Shown: positions 46,986 to 56,654, numbered from the stretch's first letter. The stretch: 64,000 nucleotides of DNA from Candidatus Moraniibacteriota bacterium (GCA_030645735.1 JAUSNP010000006.1:68095-132094), one strand, 5' to 3'. Notes: generated from the letters alone by a model not told the origin. Translations and numbers: made by a program.

Positions 46986-47513
46986 ATGCAAGAAACAACT
47001 ATCAATTTAAGAAATTCCACCAGGCCTAGCCAAACAGGTGTTGGTGGTGAAAACACGCCAGTAACTGAAAAGAAACGAGGTAAGGGTCGAGTAATGCTTA
47101 TTTTGTTTATAATTATAATTATTGCGGGTGGCGCATTTGGTTTTTTGAAGTATAAAAAAGAAAACAATAGAGGAGGTAGCAAGGGCAGTTTCATCGATTC
47201 TTCCAAATATCAAGCCGTTTTTTTGCCTAATGGACAGGTCTATTTTGGAAAAGTTTCACAGGAGCGAGAAAGTTTTGTTCATCTATCAGAGGTCTATTAT
47301 TTGGTAAATAATGCGGGATTGCAAAAACAAACTGCTGAAACTGGAAATGCCAATGATGCAACTAAGCCAAATTCGGATTACTCCCTCATTAAGCTAGGTA
47401 ATGAGCTCCATGGCCCAGAAAGTATGGAAATTAATCGTGACCAAATTTTGTTTATTGAAAATTTGAGTAATGATTCCAAGTTGGTGAATGCTATTAAAAA
47501 TATGCAAAAATAG
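46986..47513 (+). CDS. Conserved membrane-anchored hypothetical protein
   Basis: YQAVFL.NGQVYFGK...LIKLGNELHGPE. Confidence 0.75.
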   Translation: MQETTINLRNSTRPSQTGVGGENTPVTEKKRGKGRVMLILFIIIIIAGGAFGFLKYKKENNRGGSKGSFIDSSKYQAVFLPNGQVYFGKVSQERESFVHLSEVYYLVNNAGLQKQTAETGNANDATKPNSDYSLIKLGNELHGPESMEINRDQILFIENLSNDSKLVNAIKNMQK

Positions 47514-47514
47514 T

Positions 47515-47937
47515 ATGAAAATATTTATTAAAGTCGTCGCGACATTAGTTATATTTTCTGGCGGAGTGCTAATTGGTCACTATTTGTTTCCCAAGAAAGC
47601 TATTGAAATTAAGGACAGTGCCAGCGAGATATGCAATATCCCTAAGAAAGATGATGGCGCAATTGTTTTTGACACGGAAAATCAAAGAATTAGAACTGGA
47701 ATGAAACTAAACCTTTTGCAAGATTATATTAATTTTGTTTTTTTGCCAAAAGAAGAAGTGAGTGATCCCAAACAGTATACGGATATGATGTTGAGCAAGG
47801 TGTCAGCCATAAAAGACGAAGAGTTGTCGAATAAATTTTATGCTACGGGCACAGAAAATGAAGGTGAGCGAGAAAAGAACATCTTGGATTTTATAAACGC
47901 AGTCACTGAGAGCGTCAAAAAGGAGTTGAATAAATAA
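47515..47937 (+). CDS. Membrane-anchored hypothetical protein
   Basis: N-terminal TM helix; operon-like spacing. Confidence 0.65.
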   Translation: MKIFIKVVATLVIFSGGVLIGHYLFPKKAIEIKDSASEICNIPKKDDGAIVFDTENQRIRTGMKLNLLQDYINFVFLPKEEVSDPKQYTDMMLSKVSAIKDEELSNKFYATGTENEGEREKNILDFINAVTESVKKELNK

Positions 47938-47950
47938 TTGTCTATTGGGA

Positions 47951-48424
47951 ATGAAAATATTTAACCTATCTTTTGAAAAATCAGTTGGCGCAGTGGTATT
48001 TCGCGAGTCTGAAAACGGCGAGAAAGAATTTTTGCTATTGCATTACCCCGGTGGTTATTGGGATTTTCCCAAAGGTCATATGGAGAAAGGTGAGACTGAA
48101 GAACAGACCTTGGAGCGGGAAGTTGCTGAGGAATCAGGCATCAATGATTTGATTATCATCCCTGGATTTAGGGATTCAATGCGTTATCATTATGTTGCTA
48201 AAGGCGCTGAAAAAGAGGAACGTATATTGGAAGGAAGAGGTTTGAGTATTTTTAAAAAGGTTATTTATTATTTGGCTGAAACAAAAAGAACAGATATCGT
48301 TATTTCAGAAGAACATATCGGATCTGGTTGGTTTAGCTATGAGGACGCTTTAGCTAAAATAGTTTACGAAAATGGTAAAATAATTATGAGAAAAGCAGGT
48401 GAATTTTTAGAAAAATTATCCTAA
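47951..48424 (+). CDS. NUDIX hydrolase (Ap4A hydrolase-like)
   Basis: WDFPKGHMEKGETEEQTLEREVAEESG. Confidence 0.88.
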   Translation: MKIFNLSFEKSVGAVVFRESENGEKEFLLLHYPGGYWDFPKGHMEKGETEEQTLEREVAEESGINDLIIIPGFRDSMRYHYVAKGAEKEERILEGRGLSIFKKVIYYLAETKRTDIVISEEHIGSGWFSYEDALAKIVYENGKIIMRKAGEFLEKLS

Positions 48425-48431
48425 AACAACA

Positions 48432-48458
48432 TAGAGACGCCCCGCCGGGGCGTCTCTA
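48432..48458. repeat. REP-like GC-rich palindrome
   Basis: TAGAGACGCCCCG-C-CGGGGCGTCTCTA, then a partial GAGACGTTGCCATG. Confidence 0.7.
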
Positions 48459-48506
48459 CGGGGAGACGTTGCCATGTTTACCGGTATAATGTAAAATAAA
48501 CATACT

Positions 48507-50207
48507 ATGACATTCAAACAAAAACTTTCAATTAAATTTGCATCAGTGATTTTGATGGCTCTTATGGCGGGGCTTATTTCCTATCCCAAGGCGGTTTCCA
48601 AAATTCCGCCAGTTTATAATGCCTTGAATAAGCTAAAAATAAATCTTGGGTTGGATTTGCAAGGCGGGATCCATTTGGAATATAAGGCTGACACAAGCAA
48701 AATTGAAAGTGGCAAGGTGGATGAGGCTATGCAGGCTGTGCAAGATGTGATTGAAAGACGCGTCAATGCATTTGGTGTGGCTGAGCCAGTGATTTATACA
48801 ACCAAATCTGGCACGGAAAGGCGATTGATCGTTGAATTGGCGGGTGTGAAAGATATCTCTCAGGCCAAAAATTTGATCAAAGAAACTCCATTTTTGGAAT
48901 TCAAAGAAGAAGGAGCGCCGGACACATCTAAGGATATTCCACAAGAGTTTTTGGATAAGATGAATGTGCAAGCTAAGCAAAAAGCGGAAGATCTTTTGAA
49001 AAAGGCTTTGGCAGGAGAAGACTTCGCTCAATTGGCTAAAGACAATAGTGAGGATCCAGGGAGTAAGGATAACGGCGGTGATTTAGACTTTGTGAAAAAA
49101 GGTGCTTTTGTGCCAGAATTTGATAAAGTTTTGTTCGAAGGCAATTTGAAAGACGGAGAAATCAATAGTCAGTTAGTGGAAACACAATTTGGTTGGCATA
49201 TTATTAAAAAAATTGAACAGCGCGGTGAAGGCGATGGTTTGGAAGTCCATGGTGCGCACATCTTGATTGCCAAAAAAAGCAACCCCGCTCCGCAGCAAAG
49301 CTATGTGGCCACTGGTCTTTCTGGCAAAAATTTGAAAAGCGCCACAGTTGAATTTCAAAGTCAGGGACTTTCAGAGCCACAAGTGTCTTTGAAATTTGAT
49401 GATGAGGGGACTCAGATGTTTGCTGATTTGACCAAGAAAAATATTGGTAAAAGTGTCGCAATATATCTGGATGGAAAAATTATTAGCGCGCCAACTGTGC
49501 AGGCTGAAATTACTACTGGTGAAGCGGTGATTACAGGAAACTTCTCAATTGATGAAGCGAAAAATTTAGTTAAAAAATTGAATGAAGGTGCACTTCCTGT
49601 GCCAATCAATTTGATTAGTCAGGAAAGTGTGGATGCCTCATTGGGAGGTGCCTCATTGGAAACTAGTTTGAAGGCTGGCTATATTGGTTTGGGATTAGTT
49701 GTGATTTTTATGCTACTTTATTATCGCTTCCTTGGACTCATCGCTTCAGTGGCCTTGCTTATTTATGCGGGGCTGATGATTTCTATTTTCAAACTTTCTA
49801 GTTTTACTCCTTGGCAAATCACCCTGACTCTGCCTGGTATTGCGGGATTTATTTTGTCGATTGGTATGGCAGTGGATGCTAATATTTTGATTTTCGAAAG
49901 AACCAAGGAGGAAATTCGCAAAGGACGCAGTATTTTAGGAGCCTTGGATGAAGGTTTCAAACGCGCTTGGACATCAATTCGCGATGGAAATCTCTCTTCA
50001 ATTATCACATCTGTGATTTTGATTGAACTTGGAACTGGATTTGTAAAAGGTTTCGCGGTGACTTTGATTGTTGGAGTTTTGCTTTCCATGTTTACAGCCG
50101 TAGTAGTTTCCCGCACGATGTTGAAGTTCATTCTCGGCGAATGGATTTTGGACAAATTGTGGCTGGTTGGCGTGAACAAAAAAGATGTCGCTGAAATTAA
50201 AAAATAA
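48507..50207 (+). CDS. secD: Protein translocase subunit SecD with inserted parvulin-type PPIase domain
   Basis: LGLDLQGG, RRVNAFGVAEP, GALPVP, GMAVDANILIFER; internal FAQLAK.NSEDPGSK..GGDL...FG.HII. Confidence 0.95.
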   Translation: MTFKQKLSIKFASVILMALMAGLISYPKAVSKIPPVYNALNKLKINLGLDLQGGIHLEYKADTSKIESGKVDEAMQAVQDVIERRVNAFGVAEPVIYTTKSGTERRLIVELAGVKDISQAKNLIKETPFLEFKEEGAPDTSKDIPQEFLDKMNVQAKQKAEDLLKKALAGEDFAQLAKDNSEDPGSKDNGGDLDFVKKGAFVPEFDKVLFEGNLKDGEINSQLVETQFGWHIIKKIEQRGEGDGLEVHGAHILIAKKSNPAPQQSYVATGLSGKNLKSATVEFQSQGLSEPQVSLKFDDEGTQMFADLTKKNIGKSVAIYLDGKIISAPTVQAEITTGEAVITGNFSIDEAKNLVKKLNEGALPVPINLISQESVDASLGGASLETSLKAGYIGLGLVVIFMLLYYRFLGLIASVALLIYAGLMISIFKLSSFTPWQITLTLPGIAGFILSIGMAVDANILIFERTKEEIRKGRSILGALDEGFKRAWTSIRDGNLSSIITSVILIELGTGFVKGFAVTLIVGVLLSMFTAVVVSRTMLKFILGEWILDKLWLVGVNKKDVAEIKK

Positions 50208-50238
50208 TAAAATAAACAGCACTTAAAGATAATTTATA

Positions 50239-50288
50239 ACTTTATACTTCAGACTTCTTTTAGACTTTAGTATTTAGACTTTAGACTT
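50239..50288. repeat. Heptamer AGACTTT tandem repeat
   Basis: ACTTTAT ACTTCAG ACTT..TTAGACTTT..TTTAGACTTTAGACTT. Confidence 0.6.
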
Positions 50289-50296
50289 GCAAATAT

Positions 50297-51196
50297 ATGT
50301 TTAATATTATTTCCAAAACTAAATACGCATACATCTTCTCAATAACTTTGACGGTTTTGAGCGTGGCTAGTCTGGCTGTGTGGGGATTGAAGTTCGGCAT
50401 TGATTTCACAGGTGGAACAGTGATGGAAATCAAATTTGCCAATACGATGCCGGCCAATCAAGAAATTGTTGATACATTGAAGGATTTGAATTTGAACAGC
50501 TTGACCGTGCAAGGCAAGGGAACCGAATCATTGCTTCTAAGCTATGCCTCAGTGGATGACAGTATCAATCAAAATGTTTGGAAAACTATCAGTGATAAAT
50601 ATCCAGAATCAACTCAGCTCAAGGCTGACTATCGTGACTCATCTGTTTCATCTGAATTGAAAACTAAATCACTTTGGGCACTGTTTTGGGCAGCCGCTGG
50701 TATCATGGCTTTCATTGCGTGGGCTTTTCGCAAGGTTTCCCGACCAGTTGCGTCTTGGAAATATGGCGCAGGTGCAGTAATTGCGCTTTTGCATGATGTT
50801 CTGATTACAATTGGCGCTTTCTCAATTCTAGGTCATTTCCAGGGAGTTGAAGTGGGAATTCCATTTATTGCTGCTTTGTTAACAATCCTTGGATTTTCGG
50901 TGCATGACACGATTGTAGTGTATGATCGCACGCGTGAAAATCTTTTGAAAGGTTCAGCCAAAGAAGCTTTTCCGGATGTGGTCAATCGCAGTTTGAATGA
51001 AACATTGGTGCGTTCCATCAACACTTCAATGACTGTAATCATCACCCTGTTGTCACTCTACATTTTTGGAGGTGAATCAATCAAGGACTTTGCTTTGGCT
51101 CTTTTGATTGGTGTATCATTCGGGACATATTCATCCGTCTTCATCGCTTCGGCGTTGTTGGTGACGAGTTATGAAATGCAATTGAAAAATAAATAA
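50297..51196 (+). CDS. secF: Protein translocase subunit SecF
   Basis: GIDFTGG, HDTIVVYDRTREN, RSINTS, GTYSS. Confidence 0.96.
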   Translation: MFNIISKTKYAYIFSITLTVLSVASLAVWGLKFGIDFTGGTVMEIKFANTMPANQEIVDTLKDLNLNSLTVQGKGTESLLLSYASVDDSINQNVWKTISDKYPESTQLKADYRDSSVSSELKTKSLWALFWAAAGIMAFIAWAFRKVSRPVASWKYGAGAVIALLHDVLITIGAFSILGHFQGVEVGIPFIAALLTILGFSVHDTIVVYDRTRENLLKGSAKEAFPDVVNRSLNETLVRSINTSMTVIITLLSLYIFGGESIKDFALALLIGVSFGTYSSVFIASALLVTSYEMQLKNK

Positions 51197-51232
51197 TAAA
51201 TTTCTACCAACTACAAACTAAAAACTAATAAT

Positions 51233-51487
51233 ATGTGGAATCCATTCAAAAAAAATTCAGCTAACGATGATGATGCTGACGCCAAAAGTCCCAAGATGGG
51301 TATGATGCAAGCGATGGCAATGAAAAAAATGGCCAAGATGAGTCCGCAAGAGCGTCAGAAAATGATGCAAGAAGCTATGAAGCCAGAAAATCGCGACAAA
51401 ATCATGGGTGTGATGAGTGCCATGAAAGCCTCCGGCCAAGTGACCGACGAACAAATCGCACAAGCCAAGAAAATGTTAGGAATGTAA
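51233..51487 (+). CDS. Small Met/Lys-rich hypothetical protein
   Basis: 84-aa ORF with typical codon usage. Confidence 0.7.
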   Translation: MWNPFKKNSANDDDADAKSPKMGMMQAMAMKKMAKMSPQERQKMMQEAMKPENRDKIMGVMSAMKASGQVTDEQIAQAKKMLGM

Positions 51488-51495
51488 AAATATTT

Positions 51496-51924
51496 ATGGG
51501 AAATCCTTTTGAAAGAGCTGTCGAAGAGCCGAAAAAACGAGATGAAATGCTCGAGGATTTTTTAGTTGATGTTGAAGGGATTTTTGATGGTTTGATAAAT
51601 GGTGTTGACAAGAGTGTTTTGCGAAGAAAGTTTGGTAGATTCTTTGAAGAAAGTAAAAAAGAAAAGGTTGATTTTAATTTTGCACAAAACCTAATGGAAG
51701 CAAATGCTCGTCTTTGTGAATGGCTGGAACAAGGAGGTCTAGAAGTAGAAATGAAAGTTAAACATGGCGGTCTGGAAAATGCTTACTACGAAGAAGATCT
51801 TAATCAAAGTAAAATATCTGCAATTCATGCTTCAGTAGAAACATTTATTGCAGATTATGTTGGAAAAATAGAGAGAATTAAAAAACTAAAAGAGTTGGCG
51901 GAAAAGATAAAATCAGAAGAATAG
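51496..51924 (+). CDS. Hypothetical protein
   Basis: 142-aa ORF. Confidence 0.6.
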   Translation: MGNPFERAVEEPKKRDEMLEDFLVDVEGIFDGLINGVDKSVLRRKFGRFFEESKKEKVDFNFAQNLMEANARLCEWLEQGGLEVEMKVKHGGLENAYYEEDLNQSKISAIHASVETFIADYVGKIERIKKLKELAEKIKSEE

Positions 51925-52028
51925 ATAGAATCATAATAAAATCAAATCGAACTTTCATGAAATCCCAGCTTATTTAGCTGGTTTTTTGATGGGTTAACGA
52001 CATTTTGGTTTTGTGCTATAATACATTT

Positions 52029-52610
52029 ATGAAATATCATAAAGACATATTTGAAATAATTTTCCATGCGCGAGGTGGGCAGGGTGCCAAGACGGCAGCC
52101 GAGATCATCGCACAGGCGGCGGTGAACGAAGGCAAATTCGTGCAGGCTTTTCCGCAATTCGGACCAGAGCGCAGTGGTGCCCCAACCAAGACCTTTGTGC
52201 GCATTTCTGACCATGAAATCAGGACTCACGAGCCAGTGATTGATCCGGATGTAGTGGTGGTTTTGGATGAAACTATTTTGGATTCTGAAATTGTCACAAC
52301 CAATCTCGATCGTCATGAATCCTTGATTGTGGCCACCAAAAAGACTGATATGCAAATCCGCCACAAGATTGCTGAGCGAGCCAAATTTGAAGGCAAGATT
52401 CATCCAATTGATGCCAATGGCATTTCCATGGAAATTGTGGGTCAACCAAGACCCAACACGGTGATTCTTGGCAAATTCGTGCAAGTGACGGAAATCGTGG
52501 AATTGAAAAGTGTGATTGAGGAATTCAAAAGAATTTTTGGTGACAAAATTGGCAAAGAAGCGACTGATAAAAATATATTAGCTATTGAAAAAGCATATGA
52601 CTCAATCTAG
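52029..52610 (+). CDS. porC: Pyruvate:ferredoxin oxidoreductase gamma subunit
   Basis: RGGQGAKTA, FGPERSGAP, RPNT. Confidence 0.9.
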   Translation: MKYHKDIFEIIFHARGGQGAKTAAEIIAQAAVNEGKFVQAFPQFGPERSGAPTKTFVRISDHEIRTHEPVIDPDVVVVLDETILDSEIVTTNLDRHESLIVATKKTDMQIRHKIAERAKFEGKIHPIDANGISMEIVGQPRPNTVILGKFVQVTEIVELKSVIEEFKRIFGDKIGKEATDKNILAIEKAYDSI

Positions 52611-52905
52611 TGAAAAAAAATTTGATTTTGAAGAAGCGGCGGTCATCAAACATGACATCAAAAAGGCACCCAAAACCGGTGACTGGCGTTATATGACTCC
52701 GCAAGTGGACAAAGAAAAATGCATCGGTTGCACGACTTGTGTGCCGTTTTGTCCGGATGCTGCGATTGAAATGGAAAGTCGTGGAACGCAAAACGTGGAA
52801 CGCAAAACGCGTTATGCGAAAATTGATTATGATTTCTGCAAGGGTTGTGGTGTTTGCGCGCAAGTGTGTCCGGTCAAAGCAATTGCAATGGAGAAAAATA
52901 AATAA
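52597..52905 (+). CDS. porD: Pyruvate:ferredoxin oxidoreductase delta subunit (2x4Fe-4S)
   Basis: TGDWR..P, two CxxCxxCxxxCP motifs. Confidence 0.9.
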   Translation: MTQSSEKKFDFEEAAVIKHDIKKAPKTGDWRYMTPQVDKEKCIGCTTCVPFCPDAAIEMESRGTQNVERKTRYAKIDYDFCKGCGVCAQVCPVKAIAMEKNK

Positions 52906-52924
52906 TTCGACCAAGAAGATTCGT

Positions 52925-54094
52925 ATGATCTACAAGACAAATAAAAATAGAATAGCTTTAACTGGTGGCGCAGCAGCGGCGGAGGCTTTGAAGCAGATTG
53001 AACCAGACGTGATGGCAGTCTATCCAATCACTCCGCAAACCACTATCATCGAAACTTTTGCCAAGTTCAAGGCAGATGGGGAAGTGGCTACAGAAGTGAT
53101 TGAAGTTGAATCAGAGCATTCAGCTATTTCAGCTTGTGTTGGTTCGAGTGCAGCTGGTGCAAGAACTGTGACGGCGACCAGCTCACAAGGTCTGGCTTTG
53201 ATGAATGAAATTTTATACATTGCTAGTGGCATGCGCTTGCCAATTTTGATGGTGGTGTCAGCCCGCGCTTTGAGCGCGCCACTCAACATTCACGGTGATC
53301 ATTCAGACGTGATGGGCGCGCGCGACACGGGTTGGATTCAAATCTTTTCTGAAAATGCGCAAGAGATTTATGACAACACAATTATTGGTATGAAATTGGC
53401 GGAGAAAGTTAAATTGCCAGTGATGGCGATTATGGATGGTTTCAACACTTCTCACTGTGTGGAAAATTTGGAAATGCTGTCGATTGAACAGGTCAGAGAA
53501 TTTGTGGGTGAATTTACGCCAGAAAAATATCTGCTCGACATTGCCAACCCAGTTTCTTTCGGGCCAGTAGCTTTGCAAAATTCATATTTTGAATTCAAAG
53601 TTCAGCAGGAAAATGCTATGGACAAAGTGGCGCGAGAATATTTGAAAATTGCCAAAGAATTTGAAAAATTGACCGGACGTAAAAAAGATTTCTTTGAGAG
53701 CTATCAAACTGAAGATGCCGAAGAAGTCATCATTTTGGCTGGTTCAACGGCTGGCACAACTAAAGATGTGATTGATCGAATGCGCAAGCATGGCAAAAAA
53801 GTCGGGCTCATCAAAATGAGCTTGTTCCGACCATTTCCAAGAAAAGAATTGTTGGTGGCTTTGAAAAATGCCAAAAGCGTGGCAGTGATGGAGCGGGCAA
53901 TTTCTTCAGGAACCTACCCGCCAATCTATCAAGACATTATGACTGGGCTTTTCCAAGCTGGTGAAACCAAAAACATGCAATCAATCATTTACAGTTTGGG
54001 TGGACGGGACATTTTCGCCAAGGATATTGAGAAGATTTTTGACGATTTGCATGCTGGAAAAATTTCCAAAGAGACTAAGTATATAGGAGTATAA
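52925..54094 (+). CDS. porA: Pyruvate:ferredoxin oxidoreductase alpha subunit
   Basis: YPITPQT, ESEHSA, TATSSQGL, FRPFP, LGGRD. Confidence 0.92.
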   Translation: MIYKTNKNRIALTGGAAAAEALKQIEPDVMAVYPITPQTTIIETFAKFKADGEVATEVIEVESEHSAISACVGSSAAGARTVTATSSQGLALMNEILYIASGMRLPILMVVSARALSAPLNIHGDHSDVMGARDTGWIQIFSENAQEIYDNTIIGMKLAEKVKLPVMAIMDGFNTSHCVENLEMLSIEQVREFVGEFTPEKYLLDIANPVSFGPVALQNSYFEFKVQQENAMDKVAREYLKIAKEFEKLTGRKKDFFESYQTEDAEEVIILAGSTAGTTKDVIDRMRKHGKKVGLIKMSLFRPFPRKELLVALKNAKSVAVMERAISSGTYPPIYQDIMTGLFQAGETKNMQSIIYSLGGRDIFAKDIEKIFDDLHAGKISKETKYIGV

Positions 54095-54106
54095 AAAAAT
54101 AATAGC

Positions 54107-54207
54107 TGTCATTCCGGCCTTGACCCGGAATCTGCTCGCTGTAATTGTGAATCTTAATTTATTTCAGTGAAACGCAAAGTAGATCCCGGGTCAAGCCCGG
54201 GATGACA
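54107..54207. repeat. Palindromic intergenic repeat (TGTCATTCCGG...CCGGGTCAAGCCCGGGATGACA)
   Basis: Same family as 25336-25414; lies between porA and porB. Confidence 0.8.
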
Positions 54208-54217
54208 AGATGATAAT

Positions 54218-55126
54218 ATGAATAAAGAACTGACGAAAAATTTTGCTTCTGGTCACAGCGCGTGTGCGGGCTGTGCTTTTCCAACAATTGTGCGAACGAT
54301 TTTGGGTGAGTCACCAGACCCAGTGGTCATTTCCAATGCCACAGGTTGTCTAGAGGTGACTTCAACCTTGTATCCATACACTGCTTGGAAAACACCATAT
54401 ATTCACAGTGCTTTTGAAAATGCTTCCGCCACAATTTCAGGTGTAGAACGAGCACACAAAATTTTGAGCAAAAAGGGCAAGGTGCCGAAGAAAGTGAAGT
54501 TTGTGGTTTTTGGTGGAGATGGTGGAACCTATGACATCGGCTTGCAAAGTTTGTCTGGCGCTTTGGAGCGTGGACATGATTTTGTTTATGTAGTTTATGA
54601 TAATGGCGGTTATATGAACACTGGCAATCAAAGATCTTCTGCCACACCCTATGGCGCAGCCACGGAAACTACGCCAACTGGCAAGGAATCTTTTGGCAAA
54701 GTTGAAATGCGCAAAAATTTGATGGAAATCGTAGCCGCGCATCACATCAAATATGCCGCGCAAGCTAATGTGGCCTATTTGAGTGATTTGAAAAAGAAAG
54801 CCAAAAAAGCTTTTGAAACTGAAGGTCCAGCATTTCTCAGTGTCTTTTCACCGTGCACCAACAATTGGAAATTTCCCACTTCACAATATGTAGCTATTTC
54901 AAAATTGGCAACGGAAACAAATTTCTGGCCATTGTTTGAAATTGAAGATGGAAAATATAAAGTGAATTGGGCGACAGAAACTCCGAAAGATTTGGAAGAA
55001 TTTTTGAAAACCCAAGGTCGTTTCAAGCATTTGTTCTCAGAAAAAAATGCGCCAGTTTTGGCAGAGATGAAAAAAATCGTCAAAGACGAGTGGCAACGCT
55101 TGGTCAACAAAACCGAAGAAGTCTAG
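54218..55126 (+). CDS. porB: Pyruvate:ferredoxin oxidoreductase beta subunit
   Basis: GHSACAGC, GGDGG TPP motif, YMNTG.QRS. Confidence 0.92.
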   Translation: MNKELTKNFASGHSACAGCAFPTIVRTILGESPDPVVISNATGCLEVTSTLYPYTAWKTPYIHSAFENASATISGVERAHKILSKKGKVPKKVKFVVFGGDGGTYDIGLQSLSGALERGHDFVYVVYDNGGYMNTGNQRSSATPYGAATETTPTGKESFGKVEMRKNLMEIVAAHHIKYAAQANVAYLSDLKKKAKKAFETEGPAFLSVFSPCTNNWKFPTSQYVAISKLATETNFWPLFEIEDGKYKVNWATETPKDLEEFLKTQGRFKHLFSEKNAPVLAEMKKIVKDEWQRLVNKTEEV

Positions 55127-55132
55127 AAGAGT

Positions 55133-55205
55133 GCCGATGTGGCTCAGTTGGTAGAGCAGCACACTCGTAACGTGCAGGTCGCCGGTTCGACCCCGGCCAT
55201 CGGCT
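55133..55205 (+). tRNA. tRNA-Thr(CGT)
   Basis: GCCGATG/CATCGGC acceptor stem, anticodon loop CT-CGT-AA, GGTTCGA T-loop; CCA not encoded. Confidence 0.93.
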
Positions 55206-55239
55206 CAGATTTTGTAGTTAATTTGTAATTTCGTAGTCC

Positions 55240-55758
55240 ATGAAAACATATATTTGCCAAATTTGTGGTGATGCTTATATTGGAGAAGATCGACCAAGTG
55301 AGTGTCCTTTTTGCGGAGCACAGCATCATTTCATCAAGGATGGTTCTGAAGCGCGACCGATTGTGAATGACAAGATTGAATTGTCAGAAATTTCCAAGAA
55401 AAATCTGGAAGAAACTTTGGGATTGGAAATGAAAGCCAATGCGATTTATTTATGCATGGCAGGCAAGGCGGATAATTATGAGAGAAAAGCGATGTATAAA
55501 CGTTTGGCCAAAGTTGAATTGGAACATGCTAACATTGCTTGCAAATTGATGGGCATCGCATTGCCACAGGCTGGCACTGAGCCTTGTAGTGAGGATGATG
55601 TAGAAAATTTTCAAAAAACTATTGAGCTGGAGGAACATGCCACAAACTTGTATGCGCAATTTGCCAAAGCGGCGACGGAGCAAAATATCAAAATATTTTT
55701 CACGGCTTTGATGCAGGTGGAGGCGGATCATATAAAACTTATTAAGAACTATCTTTAA
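55240..55758 (+). CDS. Rubredoxin plus ferritin-like (reverse rubrerythrin-type) protein
   Basis: CQICG...CPFCG N-terminus, ExxH diiron motifs. Confidence 0.85.
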   Translation: MKTYICQICGDAYIGEDRPSECPFCGAQHHFIKDGSEARPIVNDKIELSEISKKNLEETLGLEMKANAIYLCMAGKADNYERKAMYKRLAKVELEHANIACKLMGIALPQAGTEPCSEDDVENFQKTIELEEHATNLYAQFAKAATEQNIKIFFTALMQVEADHIKLIKNYL

Positions 55759-55883
55759 AAAGTCTAAAGGCTAATTTCTAAAGTACAAAGGAAGTCTAAA
55801 ATTAAAAAAGTATAAAGTTTTAAAAAATTTGGAACTTTAGACTTAATACTTGATTTAGACTTTAAGCTTTAGAATTTAGACCT
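55759..55883. repeat. Heptamer-periodic inverted repeat (AAAGTCT)n...(AGACTTT)n
   Basis: AAAGTCT AAAGGCT AATTTCT AAAGTAC...AGACTTT AAGCTTT AGAATTT AGACCT. Confidence 0.75.
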
Positions 55884-55897
55884 AGATTAAAATTTAT

Positions 55898-56647
55898 ATG
55901 CTAACAATCTGGTTTTACACGCTATCGTCCGTAATTATTGTAAGCCTTATATCGCTGGTTGGTGTTTTTACTTTTTCTATTGATCACAAAAAATTGGAGA
56001 AAGCTTTGATTTATCTGGTGAGTCTTTCGACTGGAACGCTTTTGGGCGACGCTTTCATTCATTTGATTCCGGAGGCATATGAGGGTGGCGGCAATAAATT
56101 ATTCGTCGGCTTATATATTTTGTCGGGCATGTTATTTTTCTTTATCGTAGAAAAGTTTTTTCACTGGCGTCACTGTCATCATGTTCCGTCTGAAAAGCAT
56201 CCTCATCCATTTTCCTATGTCATTTTAGCAGGAGACACCGTGCACAATTTCATTGATGGCTTGGTCATCGCCGCCAGTTATCTCGTGAGTGTCCCAGTTG
56301 GAGTCGCCACAACCATTGCGGTAATTTTTCATGAGATACCGCAAGAGATTGGTGATTTCGGTTCACTGATGTATGGCGGTTTTTCAAGAGCCAAAGCACT
56401 GCTATTCAATTTTTTAAGTGGCATGACAGCTGTCGCGGGGGCTATTGTGGTATTGATAATAAACACTAATATACTAGAAATGAATAATTTTCTAATTCCA
56501 TTTGCAGCCGGTGGATTTATCTATATCGCTAGCGCCGATTTGATCCCAGAACTGCACAAAAATACAGAAGCCAAAAAAAGTCTATTACAAATTGCAACTT
56601 TTATAGCGGGTATAGTTTTGATGCTGCTACTTCTTAAATTGGGTTAG
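55898..56647 (+). CDS. ZIP family metal transporter
   Basis: AFIHLIPEA, His-rich loop, HNFIDG, HEIPQEIGDF. Confidence 0.93.
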   Translation: MLTIWFYTLSSVIIVSLISLVGVFTFSIDHKKLEKALIYLVSLSTGTLLGDAFIHLIPEAYEGGGNKLFVGLYILSGMLFFFIVEKFFHWRHCHHVPSEKHPHPFSYVILAGDTVHNFIDGLVIAASYLVSVPVGVATTIAVIFHEIPQEIGDFGSLMYGGFSRAKALLFNFLSGMTAVAGAIVVLIINTNILEMNNFLIPFAAGGFIYIASADLIPELHKNTEAKKSLLQIATFIAGIVLMLLLLKLG

Positions 56648-56654
56648 GAAAATT

